From the IMG/VR virus record IMGVR_UViG_3300007708_000003, positions 34,361 through 98,360 of that record: a DNA stretch of 64,000 bases; one strand, given 5' to 3'. Below, in pieces: positions 22,901 to 32,737 of this stretch. A model generated the notes under the pieces. The model saw nothing but the letters and a program-made list of their open reading frames with translations. It did not search any database and was not told the origin of the DNA. Made by a program: the position numbers and the translations under genes. Within the stretch, counting starts at the first letter, position 1. Each line of letters begins with the position of its first letter. Source of the stretch: a virus.

Positions 22901-23565
22901 TCTTTATTTTCTTCAACAATCTTATCTCTATACTTTTCTAAGAATCCTCTTTTATAATTATTTTGAATTGAAACCTCGTCTAACATACCTCCTTGTAATG
23001 TTACAGGAGATGTTACACCTTGTTCTGTTACTACTTGTCCAGCATTATATGCTCTTTCATATTCAGGTGTTCCCCAGTCTACTATATTACCAGTAGTAGT
23101 ATAATATTTACCTCCACCTACTTGATATTTTTTATCAGCATACATCATACCTGCTCCACCCATTTGCATAATTTTATTTTCAGCACCACATTTGTGACAT
23201 GTTGAAACATCATTACCACCATCAGCAGCTTTCCAACTCCAACCACAATTAGAACATGTAATAGTTTTATTAAGTAAACCACCATACTTTGCAACACGTG
23301 TTTCAGTAACTTGACTACCAGGAAATTGATACTCTTGTCCAGGTTGCATGTACTGTTTATTTCCGTACTCATCCATACCTATAAGAGGTGTACTTACACC
23401 TTTCATAGTAATAGAAGTAGGTTGTCCTGGCTGTCCTTGTATAAGATTAAAAGGATTATTTTTATAGGGAGAGTTATCTTTATATCCTTGTTTAGATATA
23501 TCATCCTGCAACTTTTGATTTTGTGCAGAAATAAATTTCATCAAAGTTTCTCTATGTCTATTCAT
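19996..23565 (-). CDS. Modular (polyvalent-like) virion protein with Zn ribbon and C-terminal HExxH metallopeptidase-like domain (1189 aa)
   Basis: CSNCGW..CHKCG; YDHEINHALQ..KEPSSFLAEAR; several Gly/Ala hydrophobic segments. Confidence 0.5.
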   Translation of the reverse strand: MNRHRETLMKFISAQNQKLQDDISKQGYKDNSPYKNNPFNLIQGQPGQPTSITMKGVSTPLIGMDEYGNKQYMQPGQEYQFPGSQVTETRVAKYGGLLNKTITCSNCGWSWKAADGGNDVSTCHKCGAENKIMQMGGAGMMYADKKYQVGGGKYYTTTGNIVDWGTPEYERAYNAGQVVTEQGVTSPVTLQGGMLDEVSIQNNYKRGFLEKYRDKIVEENKDAGVLGAIIGTPISAITSFPQLAMMKGLTGEMQRPSEAMDIQNPYGAFAVNAITDPTNLIGAGNLTSLGRLTKAQALSKLKNIPTSIAPELREALATQRFPNPVKIIDDVVPMNLQPQAIVMGNNAGGWNSLSPLNWLPGYGKKISSKGELYGYPGESQLFNSSGPLVKKGINPMNSNSPAIGFRKFGNSLQDVIDRQALSPKGSGKFSMGRDQIISEGNWAATGAPDEAYSGVFEATMNPNVIGSKIKEVDMGSTRNGTVYRMIDNNVDIPLTDPGLSFNRRLPFSTRYVKVDKQKLIDGKFQLATQLPHVQSLVEKYASYAGPLAAAGYIANGSEGAKRNVKWLNKNTIDPIIDYIKPQLNSIQYEDGGLTKYQNAGPVKKWLGNTLTPEGYITSTTKGGNRISFTGDVRADDWINKQIDSGKFGFDPTTGGTFPLKKPVKGLSKKDQFIGSRIFDDLHAPQGFTTKSQDAQIEKLPEWQQDIINEVNTKRRKAVVRDQWDEVYKNPLWYAPGVIATGGLGLLGLEAAGAAAAPYITGALATQLPGMAAVPGATVGNAITAGFAGHGLANVGPDAAEMYKNPSWSNAGSLGMDILEIAPIAGPAAKTIGKGLSATSKVENAAIDYANPIKDLAATFKNRNKKLITIGAENLDKELLKKITQLESPEGFNRLVAQEAEMLKRDFPGMVDLENKAISNAQTRISELYQTALQGNFNANYLEAKKLNSALTPQKFGIPRNNAFFRPGLGSSNFSDSVIDLSKANSPAELRNNIFAKEFYGVEMPGEIAIGREYAEGMPVYDHEINHALQNSRNTALDDMLRKYFNNSQNLLKDFSEKTNKAYNYFRKSKHGIPSKEPSSFLAEARRAMLERGLIKDIYEPITPKKVFDAMKHFKTQPYKNPYTEQSYHRIFDFANDSPQTLKFLSDAFNKLPAILPVGLATGATAVGLSKEKQGGTVGKQKKALSWLSS

Positions 23566-25781
23566 TACTTAGGACTATTAAGCATTTTACTATTAACAAG
23601 TTTTAACAACATCTTCTTATCACCACTCTGTGTTTTTCTAAGAATTATTTTATTACCAAAATGTCTAAACTTTTTATGTTCAGTAGCTGGTTTAAATACA
23701 TCTACATATGCAGGATTAATAGTTTTATGATAACCATCAGGTGCTGTAATAAACATTGGTACTATTGGATTAGTACTTGGAAACTCATGTCTATCTTTAG
23801 TTATATCATAAAAGTTATTAAATCTATATTTGTTTTCTTCTTTTGATGCAAGTATCTGTGTATTTACTGGACCAACAATTGGATATTGTAATGGTTGTAA
23901 TGGATTGTTTTTATCTTTTACAGTTAATGATAAAAGAGGTGATACTTGTTCAGAGTTATATATGATAGCTCTATTAAAATTTTCATCTAATATATGAAAC
24001 ATATCTTTACCATCATTATAATATTTATATGCTTCCATATAATATTCAATACTTCTTAAAGTAGTAATTTGATTAGGTGTTACAATATTATACTCAACTT
24101 CCCAACCATAATCTTTACTACGATCAGCATCATTAATATTATAATAATTTGTAAAGCTATCAAATCTTTCATTATGTTTCCAAAAAGTATTACCTTTTAT
24201 TGTTAAAAAATGACTGTATGAAGGTATCATAAATGAAGGATGCCAATCATGAAAGCTTATCCACATTTTATTTTTAGGATCATAACTAACAGTCCATTCT
24301 ATTTTTTCAAAATAGTTAGGATCATCTAAACTAATAGGTGTGTAAGTTGGAATTATAACAGGATTAACTGATATTATATTTACACATTCACCATCTACTA
24401 TATTTTCAATAGAACATAAAGCAGGGGCAGGTATTGAACATACACAATTTGAACTTGTTCCTGAAGGTGGTGATACTGTACAAGGTGAAGCACAATCAAC
24501 TGTTGTAGGTACTGTTACTAAACAACTACATTGATTAGTATTAACAAGAGTACATCCTGGAGGACAACTATATGAATTAGTAGTAGAACATACTGCTGGA
24601 GTTCCTGGTAATGCTAATATATCAGCATATACTTGATTAGCAATAGTTACTCCATTAGCATTATTTACAATAGAAACTGGAGAAGTTCCCGCATTTCTTA
24701 TATCAGTATAATATTGACTCTGTCCTGTTGCACCTCCCCATCCTGAACCACCAATGGTTCCATCAGTTACTGTAAATATATTTAATGCAGAATAATTATT
24801 TTTTAAACATTGTGCAGCATTTACTGCATTACGCATTGCAGTATAATTAGTATATGAACTAGGATAACCTGGAGTTCCAAAGTTAGCATTATTATTTGAT
24901 GTACATGAACCAAAAAATGAAGGTGAAGGAGCTGAAGCATAATAATCTGGCGAATCAGTTAATACAATGATGATTTTTCTCACATTTGTTCTTACTGGAA
25001 CAAGATTACCACTATTAACAACGTTGTCATTTATATAGAGTGGATTCATTGCTTCTAACATTTTTTTAGCAATAGAATTTCCCACATTAATTTGACAGGT
25101 AGGTGTATTAAAATTAATACTTTGAAAATATCCTGAAGCTCCACCAGGTTGACCACTAAAAGTACCTGTTCCTGAAAGTAATCGAACAGTTGTAGTACTT
25201 GTAGAAAATGATGAACTCATAACTGCTAATCTAATATTTCCTGAATCTAAACCTGGAGTTAAGTTAGCTATAAGTTGATCATAAAAAGCTTGTCTACGAC
25301 TTACATCATAACAAGGACTTACTAGTAATACTATATCAGCTCTACATGCTTCAGTTGAGGTAACTGCTGCAGGACTTGTTGTTGTAGCACTACATATTCC
25401 AGGAGTATTTCCTGAACCTGGAGTATATGTATATCCAACAGGACACATTGGTATACTAGTAGGTGCAGGAACACATGGAGGATTTGATAAAGGATTATAT
25501 GTAAATCCTTCTGTGCATGCAGGTGTTACTATTGTTTTTTCACATTTGTTTGTTGTAGGGTTGTATACAAAACCATTTGCTTCATCACATGTTACTTCAT
25601 TGCATTCAAAAGTTGTAGCAGTTTGAATTGTTCTACAAATCCAAGTACCATTTTCAAGTTCAACAAGTTCTCCTGAACATGGTACTGATGATACTGACTC
25701 TACACAATTACAAATTACTTGTTCTCCAGCTGTAGATTCTGTGCATATTTTTGTTGGTGTGCTGGTGCATATACAAGCCAT
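23565..25781 (-). CDS. Cys-rich repeats plus vWA-like domain fused to the C-terminal part of the tail stabilisation (muzzle-like) protein (738 aa)
   Basis: CPxGYTY-type repeats; ADIVLLVS..RKIIIVLTD vWA-like strands; WTVSYDP..WISFHDWHP..WKHN resembles the C-terminal propeller of crAss-like stabilisation proteins. Confidence 0.55.
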   Translation of the reverse strand: MACICTSTPTKICTESTAGEQVICNCVESVSSVPCSGELVELENGTWICRTIQTATTFECNEVTCDEANGFVYNPTTNKCEKTIVTPACTEGFTYNPLSNPPCVPAPTSIPMCPVGYTYTPGSGNTPGICSATTTSPAAVTSTEACRADIVLLVSPCYDVSRRQAFYDQLIANLTPGLDSGNIRLAVMSSSFSTSTTTVRLLSGTGTFSGQPGGASGYFQSINFNTPTCQINVGNSIAKKMLEAMNPLYINDNVVNSGNLVPVRTNVRKIIIVLTDSPDYYASAPSPSFFGSCTSNNNANFGTPGYPSSYTNYTAMRNAVNAAQCLKNNYSALNIFTVTDGTIGGSGWGGATGQSQYYTDIRNAGTSPVSIVNNANGVTIANQVYADILALPGTPAVCSTTNSYSCPPGCTLVNTNQCSCLVTVPTTVDCASPCTVSPPSGTSSNCVCSIPAPALCSIENIVDGECVNIISVNPVIIPTYTPISLDDPNYFEKIEWTVSYDPKNKMWISFHDWHPSFMIPSYSHFLTIKGNTFWKHNERFDSFTNYYNINDADRSKDYGWEVEYNIVTPNQITTLRSIEYYMEAYKYYNDGKDMFHILDENFNRAIIYNSEQVSPLLSLTVKDKNNPLQPLQYPIVGPVNTQILASKEENKYRFNNFYDITKDRHEFPSTNPIVPMFITAPDGYHKTINPAYVDVFKPATEHKKFRHFGNKIILRKTQSGDKKMLLKLVNSKMLNSPK

Positions 25782-25799
25782 AGATTTATTTTTTTATTA

Positions 25800-28700
25800 T
25801 TAACAAGATGCTATATCATTAAAGTTTGTTATTGCAGTTACAACTCCTGCTACAACAGTTATTACAACTCTATTTGGTGGTATAATACCTGGAGAAGTAC
25901 CTGGAATACCTTCAACACTATCACCTACAAAATTACCATTCATTCCAGTATCTATAAGACTATTGGCAGGATGATACACTATAGAACCAACAGCTATATC
26001 TCCTATTAATCCACGCCCAAGACCTTCTCTATTTGCATTATAAGTATTACATGTAATATTTGGTGCATTTAGATATGAACATTTTGCAAATTGTAAACTA
26101 CCTTGTGTAAAGTTGGTCAATGTTGAACCACATTCTACTTTAGCTTTATTCCAAAAAGTAAATAAAATAATTGTTATAGCTGGATCACATGCAGGATTTT
26201 CAGTAGTCATTTTTTCACAATTACCTGTTTCTGGATTATAAGTATAAGTTGGATCAGCACATAACGCAGTATCAAAATTTCTTGTACAAACTCCATCAAC
26301 TAAAATATAATTATCAGGACAATCTCCACAATTACACGCATCATAAAAACCAAAGTTAGGATCATATCCTACACAATCAAGTGGTTTGTAATCTTTTTTA
26401 GTTATATATAATAATTCATATTGTGCATCATATATTGCTTGAACAGCAACACCTGCAACAGGATTGTCATATTCTGTAAAATTAGGAAATGCTTGTAATA
26501 AAGGAGAAGGTAAGTTTTGAAGAAACCAGTTTTTCATTCCTGATTTAGATATTTCATTCATACCTTCTGCACCATACTGTATTACTTTACCAGCTTTTTG
26601 TGATACAAAGAATAAACCATAAGGTGTATTTAGTGTAGCTCTATTTGATATACTAGCTCCATACTCAATAACATCTTCTGCATTTACAAGAGATTGTATA
26701 TTATTAGCAAATAATCCACCATCACCAATTGTAATCTTAGTACCACCAGTATCTGTTTTAAGTGTATCAACACCCACAAATTGTGAAGGACTAAAATCTT
26801 CATATAAGATTAAAGCACCACTAGAGTTTACTGATTTTATATTTGTTACTATTCCTTCAAAGGTATAATAGTTAAGAGGTAAGAAGTTTCTCCAGTTGTC
26901 TCTTTTAAGTCCATCTTGTTGTTGTAATGAATAGATACCTCTGTATGGAAAGTATTCATAACATGTTTCGTACAACACTGGGTCATAGTCTGCTGGTAAG
27001 AGTAATCCCCAAGATATGAAATTGTTGTAGAGTTTTGCTGTGCTAAGTGATAAATCATATTTATAAAATACTGGTTTAGTTATTAAATCTGATCTAAACA
27101 TTGTTTGAAGATCATTAAAAGTGTTTCCATATACATCATAGAATTTCTCATAATCATTTTCACCATAGTCTCTATATGCCATATTTAATTCTGATTCAGC
27201 AAAGAAGTCTTTTACTCCATTGTTAAATAAATATATCCATGAATTGTTAACTGAAAAACTTACACCTTGTGTACTACCATACCAATTAAATTTACTACTA
27301 GGTGTACTTATATTAAAATATATCCAACCTACGTTAAATCCAAAATCTTCATACACATCATAGTCTTCAAAATTTGCCCAATACGTTGCTTCAGGTCCAT
27401 TAAAATAATTTTGATAATTAAACTGTGTACCATCAGGTTCATTTATTAACCATGTGTTAAAAAAGAAATATGGATTTTTATCAGTATATCTATTGATATA
27501 AACATCACCTCCAAATATTGGTAATGTAACATGTGTAGTATTTAATTCTGGTGGAGTAAAATATATACATGAATCAGTTGGTATTTGCACAATAGAACTT
27601 AATTGTCCATATTGATTTTCATAATCAAGTTTTAAAGCTCCATAGTATGAAGCTATATTAGTATTTTTAATATCAAAAGGACTATTTGTGGTAACATGAA
27701 CTTTTGAAAAATCTGTATTAGTACCTGTTATATCTGGTAATGTAGTATTATTAGTTAAATTAAGACAAACATATTTACCTCTAAATAAATTGTTTATTCT
27801 ATAAGTTGCATTAAAATCTTGAACACCTGTTCCTATATATTTAACCCCACTTGGTGCAAGTGTTCTATTAAATGAGGGTTGTACTCCAACTGGTACATTT
27901 GTATTTTTAACATTTCCATGACTGTTATAAAATCCATGACTATTATATTGCAACACATAATTTTTATAAGGAATCATTTTCCTAAATATTTCAATCATTT
28001 GTGCTGTTGCTTCATAGAAATAAAATGCACCTGAAATTACTGTAGCAACTGTAGATGCTATAGCAGCTATTGTTGAAAATGAACTAAGTCCAGTAGTAAG
28101 CGCGTTTGTAGTACCTTGTGCCAGATAAGTAACAAGATTGGCAGCAGCAGATCCTGCACTACCTTCAGTACTCATTCCAACACTGTCGTCAAAATTTGCT
28201 TGAGGTAAATGTAAAGTTCTTGCTTCAACACCAACACCATAAAGAGCACCCCAAGTTGTTTGCCAAGCTCTTGTTTGTCCACTATTACTTGTACTAGTAC
28301 TTGTTTTACCCATTATAGATAATAAAGCTATTCCTAATCCTACTATAGAGGAAAAAGTAAAAGCAAGATCAGTTATAACTTTAAATTTAGGATGTTTATA
28401 TGGAAACTCATATGCTCCAGTAGCAACACCGTATTGTTCTTTATATATTCTAGTATATACACCTCTACCTAAATAAGGTTTAACAAATGCTGTTTCAGGT
28501 GAATTAAAAGAAAAATAATTTCTTACTGGTGTTATACCAGAACTTAAAAAAGGATCAGGGCGTAAATCATTATAAGGATAGTTTTGAATAAGTCCTTTTC
28601 TATTACCAGCAGTAGAACCAGGTATATTATACTCAAGCATGTTATTAAACAAACCTTTAGCAACAATTGTTCTATTACCTTCTCTTGAACCTCTTAATAT

Positions 28701-30263
28701 TTCATATCCTGCAATATCTATAAGAGGATTACCTTGGTTATCTATTGGATGTAATATGTTACTAAACTGAACACCAAGTATATTTATAAAATTACCTGTT
28801 GTGTCATGTATGTGTATAGTTTCATTTGAAGGCATCTTATGATGTCTTATAGGCGTATTGCATAAATTTCCCCAAATCTCTGGATGATTGTTAGGGTATA
28901 ATTGACTAGATTCCCAATAAGCCATATTACCTTTTGCAATTATAACACCACCATCAGGTAATGTACCAGAAAATGCTCCTGTTGTAGAAGTATCATACGT
29001 CTGCCATACTTTAGTTTTGCCAGGTAATAGATCTGGATTACTTGCTGATAATATTGTAAGGTCAGAAGATATTGATGTTCTACCAGGAATATGATAAGAT
29101 GCAGATTTTGCACCTGTTTTATATACCCATCTAATAAAAAATGAATATACTTCATCACGCATGTATCCTGTTTTATTACCACCTTTCCAGTAATAATCTG
29201 CAGGATATTTTACAGCAACCCATTCTGTTTTTATTCTATTTGCAAAAGGTTGATAATTAAAATAAGGTTGTGTTGTTACACTTGTTCTTATAAGATAGTT
29301 ATTAAGAGAAAACATCTTTTTACTTTTCTCATATATTTGTGATCTTAAAGGAATTAATGATAATGGTATTGTTTCTAAACTTGCTAAATACTGATCTAAA
29401 TGTACTTTAGTTTGTGAAATGTCATAGTTACCAACTTTTTTTGCAACAGTTTGATTTGCAATAACTGATACAATAACTAATTCATACTCTTCAAAATTAG
29501 TATCTAATCCTGTTATATTTATATCAAGTGAACCACCAAAAGAAGAATGATCCCATAGTGCTTGTGGAGTTGAAGGAGTAGTGTAATCTGTTAACCTTAT
29601 ACCATTATTTGAATATGCTATAACTGCTTGATAACTACCATTTTGTAATTGACCTGAACCTATTGATATACTTACAGTTACACATGGTTGATCCACAAAT
29701 GGATGCAATCTAAGCTGTTCACAATCTAATTGATTAGTGCAGTTTTCATCACCACAACTATCTGGAATAGGTGTGCATATATAAGGTATACGTGAAGGAT
29801 CCAGAATCATTGTTCTATCTGGATTATTATTATCTTGCCAGTATGCAGAGTAAGTACAATCTGTATTATACTTAACAGCACCTGTAATTAAATACTTAGT
29901 GTTAAAATTTAAACATTGATCATTTACCAAAACAGTATATGAACAATCTGCTTCATCAAATATGCCTATTTCAGAAAATACATTATCAGTTGAATATACT
30001 ACCCATTCAGTTCTATACTTGTGTAATATACCAATAACAGTATAAGTTGAAGAAGTACAATATTTATTAGACTGTTCATTACCAAGATTACCTTCATCAC
30101 CTTTATGTGATGTGTTAATAGCATTAATAGCATTAGTCCATACTCCTTCAGGTACAAAGATTTCAGAATAATCTTTAACCATACCTTTTACAAAGCTGTT
30201 TGTTTTTCCTGTACTTGTACCTTGACTTGGTGTTTTATCTTGGTTTGTTGTATCTTCAGCCAT
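25800..30263 (-). CDS. Tail stabilisation / muzzle-like protein, N-terminal and main part (1487 aa)
   Basis: NSFVKGMVKD start; GYMRDEVYSF, YHIPGR, IRHHKMP and FGGDVYINRY motifs typical of crAss-like tail stabilisation proteins; follows the ring protein genes. Confidence 0.7.
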   Translation of the reverse strand: MAEDTTNQDKTPSQGTSTGKTNSFVKGMVKDYSEIFVPEGVWTNAINAINTSHKGDEGNLGNEQSNKYCTSSTYTVIGILHKYRTEWVVYSTDNVFSEIGIFDEADCSYTVLVNDQCLNFNTKYLITGAVKYNTDCTYSAYWQDNNNPDRTMILDPSRIPYICTPIPDSCGDENCTNQLDCEQLRLHPFVDQPCVTVSISIGSGQLQNGSYQAVIAYSNNGIRLTDYTTPSTPQALWDHSSFGGSLDINITGLDTNFEEYELVIVSVIANQTVAKKVGNYDISQTKVHLDQYLASLETIPLSLIPLRSQIYEKSKKMFSLNNYLIRTSVTTQPYFNYQPFANRIKTEWVAVKYPADYYWKGGNKTGYMRDEVYSFFIRWVYKTGAKSASYHIPGRTSISSDLTILSASNPDLLPGKTKVWQTYDTSTTGAFSGTLPDGGVIIAKGNMAYWESSQLYPNNHPEIWGNLCNTPIRHHKMPSNETIHIHDTTGNFINILGVQFSNILHPIDNQGNPLIDIAGYEILRGSREGNRTIVAKGLFNNMLEYNIPGSTAGNRKGLIQNYPYNDLRPDPFLSSGITPVRNYFSFNSPETAFVKPYLGRGVYTRIYKEQYGVATGAYEFPYKHPKFKVITDLAFTFSSIVGLGIALLSIMGKTSTSTSNSGQTRAWQTTWGALYGVGVEARTLHLPQANFDDSVGMSTEGSAGSAAANLVTYLAQGTTNALTTGLSSFSTIAAIASTVATVISGAFYFYEATAQMIEIFRKMIPYKNYVLQYNSHGFYNSHGNVKNTNVPVGVQPSFNRTLAPSGVKYIGTGVQDFNATYRINNLFRGKYVCLNLTNNTTLPDITGTNTDFSKVHVTTNSPFDIKNTNIASYYGALKLDYENQYGQLSSIVQIPTDSCIYFTPPELNTTHVTLPIFGGDVYINRYTDKNPYFFFNTWLINEPDGTQFNYQNYFNGPEATYWANFEDYDVYEDFGFNVGWIYFNISTPSSKFNWYGSTQGVSFSVNNSWIYLFNNGVKDFFAESELNMAYRDYGENDYEKFYDVYGNTFNDLQTMFRSDLITKPVFYKYDLSLSTAKLYNNFISWGLLLPADYDPVLYETCYEYFPYRGIYSLQQQDGLKRDNWRNFLPLNYYTFEGIVTNIKSVNSSGALILYEDFSPSQFVGVDTLKTDTGGTKITIGDGGLFANNIQSLVNAEDVIEYGASISNRATLNTPYGLFFVSQKAGKVIQYGAEGMNEISKSGMKNWFLQNLPSPLLQAFPNFTEYDNPVAGVAVQAIYDAQYELLYITKKDYKPLDCVGYDPNFGFYDACNCGDCPDNYILVDGVCTRNFDTALCADPTYTYNPETGNCEKMTTENPACDPAITIILFTFWNKAKVECGSTLTNFTQGSLQFAKCSYLNAPNITCNTYNANREGLGRGLIGDIAVGSIVYHPANSLIDTGMNGNFVGDSVEGIPGTSPGIIPPNRVVITVVAGVVTAITNFNDIASC

Positions 30264-31408
30264 TATAAATAATTTTTGAACATGTTGTAATAATTATGAT
30301 ATTGAGCTTTTCTGTTCATATCATGTAATTTTTTCATCTCTGCAAAATCAGGAGTATTAACATAAGACAATGCATTGTTTCTAGCAGCTCTTAATTGTCC
30401 ACTCATTAATTGTAAATGATTTTGCACAGGTTCACCAGCCATAAACAAGTTTTCAAATATACGTTGCTTTAACGCATACTCATAATATTCATTTGTGTAT
30501 GGATTATCAAGTATTAATAAGTTACCATCATCATCTTCCATAATAGATTGGTAATTTAAAAATACAACACCCTCATCAAAGTTTACATGTAAAAATCCAT
30601 TTTTTAGATATGCATCATAATAATTACCTTTTTTCATACCTAACCCTGTAATAAAACTATCATCCATTCTTGCATCATAATCTTCTCTAGGTTCAGGTGA
30701 TAATGATTCAGTTTTGTATATGTGCAATCTAACTGGTTGTCTACTTTCAGTTCTTCTACCATTCGTAGTATAATGAACTCTAGGAGTACCATCAGCTGCA
30801 CAATCAAGTAATGCAGGACAAGTTCCTGAACCATTACCAACAGTACTTATTTTAGCACCCATTACAATAATCTTAACATCTGCTATTGTTTCAACTGATT
30901 CAGAATATAATCTTACATTATCCATATCTAAAACAGTAACATCAAAATCTAGTAAACTACCATCTGTTGCAAATGCTTGTATTACTACATTCATTGTATG
31001 CAATTGATGATTAATTACATTGATACCTTGTGTTACATTTGTATATATTGTAGATTGATTAACAAATCTAGGTTCTAAAAAGTTTTGAGCCAGCACAACT
31101 CCTTCTAAAATACCTTCAGTATATGTTTTATTATAACTAGGTATTTCAGATACAAGTTTATCTTCACAAACAAGTGCAAAATTTAACACATCCATATTAT
31201 CTGGTAGTCTACCTTTTCCCTTATGTATATCTATTACTCTTGACTTTTGCATATTAATACGCAATCCTAAATCATAGTTACAACGCATTGCAACTTTAAT
31301 CATTTGTTGAGGATTTAAAAGACCTTCAAGATCATAAGTATACAAGTCAAGTTTGACACTATCCATCAAATCATCAAAAGTTCTATATTTAGGTTCAGCT
31401 AATGGCAT
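30263..31408 (-). CDS. Putative tail ring (tubular) protein (381 aa)
   Basis: Position before the stabilisation gene; C-terminal FDEGVVFLNY..DDDGNLLILD..YEYALK pattern. Confidence 0.55.
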   Translation of the reverse strand: MPLAEPKYRTFDDLMDSVKLDLYTYDLEGLLNPQQMIKVAMRCNYDLGLRINMQKSRVIDIHKGKGRLPDNMDVLNFALVCEDKLVSEIPSYNKTYTEGILEGVVLAQNFLEPRFVNQSTIYTNVTQGINVINHQLHTMNVVIQAFATDGSLLDFDVTVLDMDNVRLYSESVETIADVKIIVMGAKISTVGNGSGTCPALLDCAADGTPRVHYTTNGRRTESRQPVRLHIYKTESLSPEPREDYDARMDDSFITGLGMKKGNYYDAYLKNGFLHVNFDEGVVFLNYQSIMEDDDGNLLILDNPYTNEYYEYALKQRIFENLFMAGEPVQNHLQLMSGQLRAARNNALSYVNTPDFAEMKKLHDMNRKAQYHNYYNMFKNYL

Positions 31409-31414
31409 GGTATA

Positions 31415-32086
31415 TTATTTTACAATGTTTTTATTATCTTGTTGATTATCTTGTGGCACACCCATCATTCCAATTAAATCTCTTATAACAGCTTGTTCAA
31501 TTTCTGCATATAAATATTCAGGAATTGTAAACATGGTGTCTTGTATATAAGCACAGTCATCAGTAAGATCGCAATTATAAGAACTTATATCCCCTTCAAA
31601 TAAACCTTCTATTCTTACAGCATCCCATTCTAAGTTAGGAAAATATATATATCCATCAAGATACCAGTAGTATTTCTTTTTGTTATACTTAAATGTTTTC
31701 TGATTTACCATTTTTTGGAACACAGAAGGAAATGTAGGAACTATTTCTTCAGAAAGGTCTATTGATGTCACTGATCTAAATAGTGGTCCAAATACGCCTT
31801 CAAATGCGCGTGGCAATCTTTCTTTTGTACGCTTGAATGTACAACCTGTTGTAATACAATGACAATGTGATTCAGCTCTATCTACATCTATAAGCTCAAC
31901 AAAGTTTAATACTTGAAATACAGCATTAAACTTCATGATTTTATTTTGAATATCTTGTCGTCTTATAAGCATTTTAGCATGCTTCATTACCATAGAATAC
32001 AAAAATCTATCTGTTAAAAAAGCATCTTGTTTAGATCCCTTAACTTGATTACGTACTCTTGATAAAACTTCACCTATTGTTATCAT
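31415..32086 (-). CDS. Putative tail ring protein (223 aa)
   Basis: Tail module synteny; YYWYLDGYIYF..IEGLFE..PQDNQQD pattern of crAss-like ring proteins. Confidence 0.55.
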   Translation of the reverse strand: MITIGEVLSRVRNQVKGSKQDAFLTDRFLYSMVMKHAKMLIRRQDIQNKIMKFNAVFQVLNFVELIDVDRAESHCHCITTGCTFKRTKERLPRAFEGVFGPLFRSVTSIDLSEEIVPTFPSVFQKMVNQKTFKYNKKKYYWYLDGYIYFPNLEWDAVRIEGLFEGDISSYNCDLTDDCAYIQDTMFTIPEYLYAEIEQAVIRDLIGMMGVPQDNQQDNKNIVK

Positions 32087-32091
32087 AATTT

Positions 32092-32676
32092 TTATATATC
32101 AAATTCATTATATTCTTGTAGAAGATCTTTTTCTTCTTCCTTTCTTTCAAGCTTATAATTTTCTTTATTAAAAACTTTTGAAATCTTTACACGTGGATCT
32201 ACTTCTACATACTTTTTCCAATTTTCAGGATATGTTGCACTTACTTTTCTACTAAAATCTCTTGTAGCATCAAATGCCCATAACTCATGATTTTTGAATC
32301 TATACTTATTAGCAAATGTTGTAAAAAATATTTTTGCTATATGTTGATCACTTTCCCAATTTCTATGTTTTATTTTTTGCATATACTCCAGACTTGTTTT
32401 CATATCCATGTTATATCTCTTCTTAGGAGGAGGACATGTGCCAACAAAGATATGTCCAATTTGTAATGGTAATTCTACACCATCTCTAATATCAATTGCA
32501 GTTTTCCAAACATTTTGATTAAAAGTATATATAATATTTTTTATTTCATCTGATGTAAGATGTTCATACTGAGGAAATTTCAATTTTAAATTTTCTATAA
32601 ACTGAGTATTTAATATATTACAACTTGTTTTTCTAAACCTTGGTGCATTTAAATCTGGTTTTCTTATTTCATTCAT
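32092..32676 (-). CDS. IHF/HU-like protein of the crAss tail module (194 aa)
   Basis: Helix-helix-GVELPLQIGHIFV pattern; crAss-like phages carry an IHF-like gene before the ring genes. Confidence 0.5.
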   Translation of the reverse strand: MNEIRKPDLNAPRFRKTSCNILNTQFIENLKLKFPQYEHLTSDEIKNIIYTFNQNVWKTAIDIRDGVELPLQIGHIFVGTCPPPKKRYNMDMKTSLEYMQKIKHRNWESDQHIAKIFFTTFANKYRFKNHELWAFDATRDFSRKVSATYPENWKKYVEVDPRVKISKVFNKENYKLERKEEEKDLLQEYNEFDI

Positions 32677-32737
32677 ACAGTATACATTAAGAATTTACTA
32701 AAAATTATGTAGATATTAAAGGATTTTTATAACTATA

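Noticed and set aside
25782-25802. Sequencing error or readthrough as the cause of the split stabilisation gene
   Set aside because: Three consecutive in-frame TAA codons and an A-rich leader before the next ATG indicate a real gene boundary
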